From assembly GCA_041180925.1 (NCBI GenBank), contig JBEGQQ010000028.1, positions 1 to 31,817 on the forward strand: a stretch of 31,817 nucleotides of DNA, written 5' to 3'. This document shows positions 26,423 to 31,817 of the stretch, in pieces (within the stretch, counting starts at the first letter, position 1; every line of letters starts with the position of its first letter). The position numbers and the translations under genes are program-made. The notes under the pieces are model-generated. The model ran no database searches and was not told the DNA's origin. It saw only the letters and a program-made list of their open reading frames with translations. This DNA is from Actinomycetota bacterium (GTDB taxonomy: Bacteria; Actinomycetota; Actinomycetes; Nanopelagicales; Nanopelagicaceae).

Positions 26423-29416
26423 ATGACAGATAAGAAGATTCGCGTCTGCGCAATTTTGGTTGTCCATGATGGGGCAACTTGGTTGCCAGAAGTTGTCGCC
26501 GCATTGGCATCGCAAACTCGCGCGATCGATCGAACTATTGCGATTGATACGGGTTCACAAGATTCTTCGACAAAACTTTTATCTGGCGCTCGAATTCAAT
26601 TTGTCACCATTGATCGCGGTGACGGTTTCGGTACCGCTGTTTCAACTGCAGTAAAAAATCTGCCAGCAGTTAGCGACGAATATGAAGATTGGATCTGGTT
26701 AATTCATGATGATTGTGCGCCCTCACCAAAATCATTAGAAGCGCTCTTAACAGCAGTTACCGATCGACCAAACGTGGCAATGGTTGGACCGAAATTAATT
26801 GGATGGAATAAACGAGATCATTTACTTGAAGCCGGAATCAGCATCGCCAGCCAAGGAACTCGTTGGACTGGAATGGAAAACGATGAATTTGATCAAGGCC
26901 AACATGACGGAATTAAAGAGGTTTTATCGGTAAGCACTGCAGGTGCGCTAATTCGCCGCGAAGTTTATGAAGAACTCGGTGGCTTTGATGAAAATTTAGC
27001 GATTTTCCGTGACGATGTTGATTTTGGTTGGAGACTACGAATGGCCGGCCATTCAGTTTTGGTTACAACCGATGCCGTTGTTCGCCACGTTCAAGCTGCG
27101 TTTAACGAACGAAGAAGCGTTGACGTTGACGAAGCTTTTTTAAATCACGCGCACTTACTTGATCGGCGAAATGCAGCATACGTATTGCTAGCAAATTCTT
27201 CATGGTGGATGTTGCCCGGTCTTTCACTTCAAATTTTAGGAGCGGCAGTTTTTCGGGCAATTGGTTATTTGCTGGCAAAACTTCCGGGCTACGCTGGCGA
27301 TGAGATTCTGGCGATGGTGCAGCTGTTCATTCGTCCCGATTTGCTTCGCACTGCTCGAAAAAATCGGAAGGCTACTAAATTACTTTCAGCTCGCGTGGCA
27401 AAACCATTTATGCCAACGCAGATCATGCAAATTCGCGGCGCCAAGGATGATGTGATTAATTGGTTTCGAGAAAAGTTTTTTCCAGCCCCAGCAATGCATC
27501 TAAATGATTCAATATCAAACGAAGATGATGAATTACTAACGCCGGCGCCAAGATCAAATTGGTTCAGATTTCTTACCAATCCCGCAATTGGTACCGCAGC
27601 GCTTTTATTTATCTATTCGATTTTGTTGGCGCATGGCCGGCTAGGACCAATTGCCGGCGGCGCCTTACCGCCAACACCTAAGGGTGCAAGTGATTTGTGG
27701 CGACTTTACGCTGAGTCGTGGCATCAAGTGGGAATGGGAAGTAGTTCAGCTACCCCTACGTGGGTAGCCATAGTTGCCTTTATCGGAACTTTATTTTTTG
27801 GCAATCCGCAATTTTTTACGGCATCGCTATTTATTTTTGCCCCGCTGATTTTATTTGGCGCGATTTATTTTTGGATTCGAAAAATTACCAGTCACATTTG
27901 GTTGGCAATTTTTGGTGGGTTGCTATATTCGTTATCGCCTGTAGCTTTAGGAAGTATAAATTCTGGACGGTTAGGCACAACCATCGTGCTGATCGCGTTG
28001 CCGCTCTCGTTTAATTTACTTAAATCAACAATCCAGATTGAACAACTGGGATATCGGAAGATATTTCAGTTCGGCTTGTTTTTTGCCATCCCTGTGGCCT
28101 TCTCAATGCCTTTTTTCCTCTGCTTATTTATTTGGTTTGTAATTTTGACGGCGTATGAATGGAATCGAATTGATGTAATTTTGCGCGAAAAGCGAATCAA
28201 TTTGCGAGCGCTGTTAATCGCCATTCCATTCTTTGTTAATTTACCTTGGTCAACCGAAGCATTACTTCACCCATCTCGGTTCTTATTAGAACCTGGTCTA
28301 TCACTTTCGGGAGGTGGGCCAAATCTCGCATTTTTAACTAATCCTGGTGGCATGGGTTCTCCGCCATGGTGGCTAGTTGCACCTTTCACTGCAATTGTAT
28401 TTGGCACGTTGATTTCAAAAACCAATGCTAAATATTTCTCTTATGTAGGTTTAATTTTTATCGGTTTAGGTGGCCTTGCGGCAGCATTTGCCTTCCCAGC
28501 CCACGGGTCTTCTGTTGGTGTGCCACTTTGGAGTGGCACGTTTTTAGCAGTTGCAACTTTAGCTTCGATATCTGCTGGCACAATTGTTTTGGATCACTTG
28601 CGCGAGAACTTAGAAGCAAGCGCTATTAATTTTCGCCATTTAATTTCAGCTCTTTTACTTTTCTCATCAGTGTTCTACCTTGGAGCTGCGGCTATTTGGA
28701 GTTCGGTTTCAAAGTCACCATTACATTCCATATCTAAACCAGTTCTTCCCGAATTTTTAGGGATCACTCCAGGTGTCAAAACAATGGTTCTTCGCATTAA
28801 CGAAGAAGGGTATTTAAATTTCTTTATCTCCAGAGATCGAGACATTTATCTTGGCGATCCCGATGTTGCCCCTGCCATGAATCTGGAGTTGAGCGCAGCA
28901 GTCCGTGGCGCAGTATCAGGCACTGATATCACCGCCGCCAAAACACTTGAAGCATTTGGTATTAAATATTTATTTGTGACTTCGCCAGCGCCGGATAGCT
29001 TGATTAGAACAATTGATGGCGTCGGTGGATTCGTGCGAAATTCATCTACCAGCGCCGGTGTTACTTGGAAAGTTATTGGCGTCCCAGAAAGGCTGGTATT
29101 TAAATCGGCTGATAATAACGAGGTGGCGCTGCCGACAAATAAGATTAGTGCAGAGTTTAAATTGGATAAACCCGGTGTCATCAGACTTGGCGAAAATTAT
29201 GATCGTTCATGGCAGATTTTTGGAAATAGTAAACAGTTGACGAAATCTAGAAACGAATTTGGTCTCCCAGTTTTTACCGTAGATCAACCTGGCGAGTACT
29301 TGCTATTTCATGACGGAACCCTCCGCAGGTCATTGATTTCCCTACAACTGATTGTTCTGATTTTTGCATTAGTAATGGCGGCTCCGGCTGGTCGAAAGCG
29401 ACGTGACCAATCATGA
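26423..29416 (+). CDS. Large membrane glycosyltransferase (N-terminal GT2 domain plus many TM helices)
   Basis: AILVVHDG, WIWLIHDDCAP (DxD-like), VLSVSTAGAL, GGFDENLAIFRDDVDFGWR; hydrophobic helices from about aa 260 to the C-terminus. Confidence 0.88.
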   Translation: MTDKKIRVCAILVVHDGATWLPEVVAALASQTRAIDRTIAIDTGSQDSSTKLLSGARIQFVTIDRGDGFGTAVSTAVKNLPAVSDEYEDWIWLIHDDCAPSPKSLEALLTAVTDRPNVAMVGPKLIGWNKRDHLLEAGISIASQGTRWTGMENDEFDQGQHDGIKEVLSVSTAGALIRREVYEELGGFDENLAIFRDDVDFGWRLRMAGHSVLVTTDAVVRHVQAAFNERRSVDVDEAFLNHAHLLDRRNAAYVLLANSSWWMLPGLSLQILGAAVFRAIGYLLAKLPGYAGDEILAMVQLFIRPDLLRTARKNRKATKLLSARVAKPFMPTQIMQIRGAKDDVINWFREKFFPAPAMHLNDSISNEDDELLTPAPRSNWFRFLTNPAIGTAALLFIYSILLAHGRLGPIAGGALPPTPKGASDLWRLYAESWHQVGMGSSSATPTWVAIVAFIGTLFFGNPQFFTASLFIFAPLILFGAIYFWIRKITSHIWLAIFGGLLYSLSPVALGSINSGRLGTTIVLIALPLSFNLLKSTIQIEQLGYRKIFQFGLFFAIPVAFSMPFFLCLFIWFVILTAYEWNRIDVILREKRINLRALLIAIPFFVNLPWSTEALLHPSRFLLEPGLSLSGGGPNLAFLTNPGGMGSPPWWLVAPFTAIVFGTLISKTNAKYFSYVGLIFIGLGGLAAAFAFPAHGSSVGVPLWSGTFLAVATLASISAGTIVLDHLRENLEASAINFRHLISALLLFSSVFYLGAAAIWSSVSKSPLHSISKPVLPEFLGITPGVKTMVLRINEEGYLNFFISRDRDIYLGDPDVAPAMNLELSAAVRGAVSGTDITAAKTLEAFGIKYLFVTSPAPDSLIRTIDGVGGFVRNSSTSAGVTWKVIGVPERLVFKSADNNEVALPTNKISAEFKLDKPGVIRLGENYDRSWQIFGNSKQLTKSRNEFGLPVFTVDQPGEYLLFHDGTLRRSLISLQLIVLIFALVMAAPAGRKRRDQS

Positions 29417-30708
29417 AAAATCGCAATTTACTTTGGATTTTTTCTGGTTCGTTGTTAGTTGTATTGCTCGCAAATGGCTTGGAGTTTGGAAGTCGAGATC
29501 GTGCAATTACATACAGCTATCAAGCCGTGGTCTGTCCTAAAGGTGAATCTGGAACCAATTTAACTTACTCATTACCAAACAAAAACATTTTGATTCGTGG
29601 CGTCGGCAGTAAAAAAGTGAAGTTATTTAAGGCGGGTCGAACTGTAATTACTTCTACCAGTCCAGCGGCATATATTGAAAGCAACGGCGTTTCAATTACA
29701 GGTTTGGTTTCCAAATCAGGAAGTTGGGCCGGTGGCGTTCTATGTACAGCGCCTCGAGACACACAATGGTTTGCTGGTGGTGTTTCCGATATTTCTGGGC
29801 GAGGTCGAATAATTCTAGTTAATAGTGGTCTAAGTCCAGCTACCGTTGAAATTGATGCGTTAAGTGATAACCAAGGCCTGATTAAGAAGACTTTAAATGT
29901 TAAATCAAATTCTATTTCTGAAATTAGTTTGGTTAGTTTGACGCCAGGTGCAACTGCAACTTCATTTAGAATTTCACTACTTACTGGCCGAGTATCAGCA
30001 TTTTTGATTGACGAGCGAGGCAAAGGATTAAGCACCTTTGGAGGCGACGTCGTTAACGGTCAAGTTGATCTCGCAACTGAATTGGTGATTCCAGCAATTC
30101 CGGTTGATTCAAATACAAAATTGCCGGCAATTTTGCGCGTGGGAAATCCAAGCTCCAGTGATGCAACAATTTCAGCAAGATTGATTTCAAAAGATGGCAA
30201 TTTTGTTCCGGTCGGTTTAGGTGAAGTTAAAGTTCCAGCTGGACGAGCTTCAAATTTTGATATTCCCATTACGCAACCAAGTAAACAATTTGGTCTAAGA
30301 ATTACTTCGAGCAAGCCAATCGTGGCTTCGGTTTATAACGTTGCGACAATCAAAGGCCGGCGTGATTTTGTTTGGAGTAGTGCCACAACTGAATTAAAAA
30401 AGGGGCAGTGGGCGGTCTCTGGGATTTCGGGCAAATTAGTGATTGCTGGTGAAAAAATAAATGTTTATTTGGAAGTGACAACTTCAAAACAAAAAGTTAT
30501 AAAAAGAAAAATTACCGGCAGTGATATTGCTACTTGGAACTTACCGGCCGATGCAAAGTTATTGGAAATTCGTGGCGCTAGCGGTGGAAATTTTGGTGCT
30601 TTGATAGTTTCCGGTCAGGGTGGAAGTGGTGTGATTCCATTAATTCCTGGTTCGACGCTAACAAAGAGCTCAGTTCCTGCGGCAAACATCGGCGTTTTAA
30701 ATCCATAA
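29413..30708 (+). CDS. Exported/membrane-anchored DUF5719-like protein
   Basis: N-terminal TM; VVCP and VLCTAP cysteines; WFAGG, IILVNSG, repeated beta-rich modules (LRVGNP); ATGA-coupled to the large GT2. Confidence 0.75.
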   Translation: MKNRNLLWIFSGSLLVVLLANGLEFGSRDRAITYSYQAVVCPKGESGTNLTYSLPNKNILIRGVGSKKVKLFKAGRTVITSTSPAAYIESNGVSITGLVSKSGSWAGGVLCTAPRDTQWFAGGVSDISGRGRIILVNSGLSPATVEIDALSDNQGLIKKTLNVKSNSISEISLVSLTPGATATSFRISLLTGRVSAFLIDERGKGLSTFGGDVVNGQVDLATELVIPAIPVDSNTKLPAILRVGNPSSSDATISARLISKDGNFVPVGLGEVKVPAGRASNFDIPITQPSKQFGLRITSSKPIVASVYNVATIKGRRDFVWSSATTELKKGQWAVSGISGKLVIAGEKINVYLEVTTSKQKVIKRKITGSDIATWNLPADAKLLEIRGASGGNFGALIVSGQGGSGVIPLIPGSTLTKSSVPAANIGVLNP

Positions 30709-30738
30709 AAATCTCTTAGCGCAGACTAATCTTTAGGC

Positions 30739-31104
30739 ATGAGTTCAAAGAAGACTTTGGGGCGCCATTGCTCGCGCTCTAGCTGTAACCGCAAAGCAAC
30801 TTTGACTCTCACATATATCTATGCAGATTCGGTTGCCGTAGTTGGGCCGTTAGCAACATATTCCGAACCACACGCGTATGATCTTTGTGAAATACACGGT
30901 TCTAAATTAACTGTTCCAAACGGTTGGGAAGTTATCCGCCGTGAACCTACCGGAACTGAACCCGGTCCATCAGTTGAAGATCTAATGGCCATTGCAGATG
31001 CAGTTCGCGAAGTCTCAAATAATTTTATTAGTAATTCGGAAAACAATACGATTCAATCAGAGATTGGAAGACGCGGTCACCTGCGATCAGTGCCTTTCAA
31101 ATAG
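30739..31104 (+). CDS. DUF3499 family protein
   Basis: RHCSRSSCNRKATLTLTYIY, VGPLATYSEPHAYDLCEIH, PNGWEVIR, DLMAIADAVRE, RRGHLR. TAATCT -10 at 30727-30732. Confidence 0.9.
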   Translation: MSSKKTLGRHCSRSSCNRKATLTLTYIYADSVAVVGPLATYSEPHAYDLCEIHGSKLTVPNGWEVIRREPTGTEPGPSVEDLMAIADAVREVSNNFISNSENNTIQSEIGRRGHLRSVPFK

Positions 31105-31116
31105 ACAAAGGCAAAA

Positions 31117-31817
31117 ATGATTCCGGATATTTTTAAAGCTTATGACATCCGAGGTCTAGTCGGTTCGGAATTAACTAAAGATTTCACATTTGCCGTGGGT
31201 GCCGCCTTTGCCAAATTCTTGGAGCAAGAACGCGAACCCGCCACAGTTGTTATTGGTGAAGATATGCGTCCATCATCTCCGGAGTTAGCTTCTGCGTTTG
31301 CCGACGGAGTCACATCTGAAGGTTTTGATGTCATCCGAATCGGATTGGCATCTACAGATCTGTTGTATTTTGCCGCCGGAAAATTGAATCTGCCTGGTGC
31401 CATGTTTACAGCAAGTCACAATCCAGCTGAATACAACGGCATTAAATTGTGTTTGAGTGGTGCCCGACCAATTGGGAAAGAATCCGGGTTGCTAGCAATT
31501 GAACAATTGGTTCGGACTGGAGTTCCAATTGCGATGCGATCGCCGGGAAAAGAACGCGAACAAAATCTGCTTGATGATTATGTTGAATACCTTTTGAAAC
31601 TCGTCGATTTATCAAAGATTAAGAAATTGAAAATTGTCATTGATGCTGGAAATGGAATGGCTGGCTACACGGCGCCCGCAGTATTTAAGCGATTAAACGC
31701 TGAAGTTACTGAACTCTATTATGAATTGGATGGTACCTTTCCAAATCATGAAGCAAATCCGATTGATGCAAAAAATTTAAGGGATTTACAACGCGCTGTT
31801 AAAAAAGTTGGTGCCGA
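31117..31817 (+). CDS. manB: Phosphomannomutase/phosphoglucomutase, N-terminal part (runs off the window)
   Basis: Read by hand from ATG 31117: MIPDIFKAYDIRG, IGEDMRPSS, phosphoserine motif FTASHNPAEYNGIK, DAGNGMAG, DGTFPNHEANP. Confidence 0.94.
   Translation, partial: MIPDIFKAYDIRGLVGSELTKDFTFAVGAAFAKFLEQEREPATVVIGEDMRPSSPELASAFADGVTSEGFDVIRIGLASTDLLYFAAGKLNLPGAMFTASHNPAEYNGIKLCLSGARPIGKESGLLAIEQLVRTGVPIAMRSPGKEREQNLLDDYVEYLLKLVDLSKIKKLKIVIDAGNGMAGYTAPAVFKRLNAEVTELYYELDGTFPNHEANPIDAKNLRDLQRAVKKVGA

Noticed and set aside
1-31817. tRNA, rRNA, CRISPR, prophage, IS or defence genes
   Set aside because: The largest intergenic gap is about 125 nt and is explained by the whiB promoter and leader; no repeat-spacer array, integrase, transposase or defence-type ORF was seen.

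Overview
A gene-dense core-genome window with no tRNA/rRNA, CRISPR array or mobile element. The gene set is clearly actinobacterial (whiB, mshB, DUF3117, DUF3107, DUF3499, AccA/D/E-type carboxylase). The DNA is AT-rich (roughly 40-43% GC by eye) with tiny or negative intergenic gaps, which suggests a streamlined freshwater lineage such as acI/Nanopelagicales (inference). Gene order: trpS 3' end; acyl-CoA carboxylase operon divergent from birA; a degenerate PurK-like gene; ugd/LCP/GT2/SpoIID envelope genes; dapD, LOG, a sigma-region-4-only protein, DUF3117 (missed by the ORF track), pepA, O-methyltransferase, tatB, mrp; DUF1003/MgtE-N; DMT, PHP, MarC; DEAD helicase, DUF3107, TetR; mshB, a 65-aa orphan, fdxA, dapC; manC, whiB, large GT2, DUF5719, DUF3499 and the start of a phosphomannomutase. 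No large novel accessory system is evident. The best leads are three reduced but apparently expressed proteins (a PurK-like ORF lacking catalytic motifs, a sigma4-only protein, a possible Sm/SH3-fold 65-mer), a TM-less MgtE paired with DUF1003, a window-wide TAnnnT-N6/7-start leaderless promoter pattern including overlapping bidirectional -10 boxes, and a probable 14-kb permuted block insertion. Family assignments come from motifs I recognise; no database search was run.
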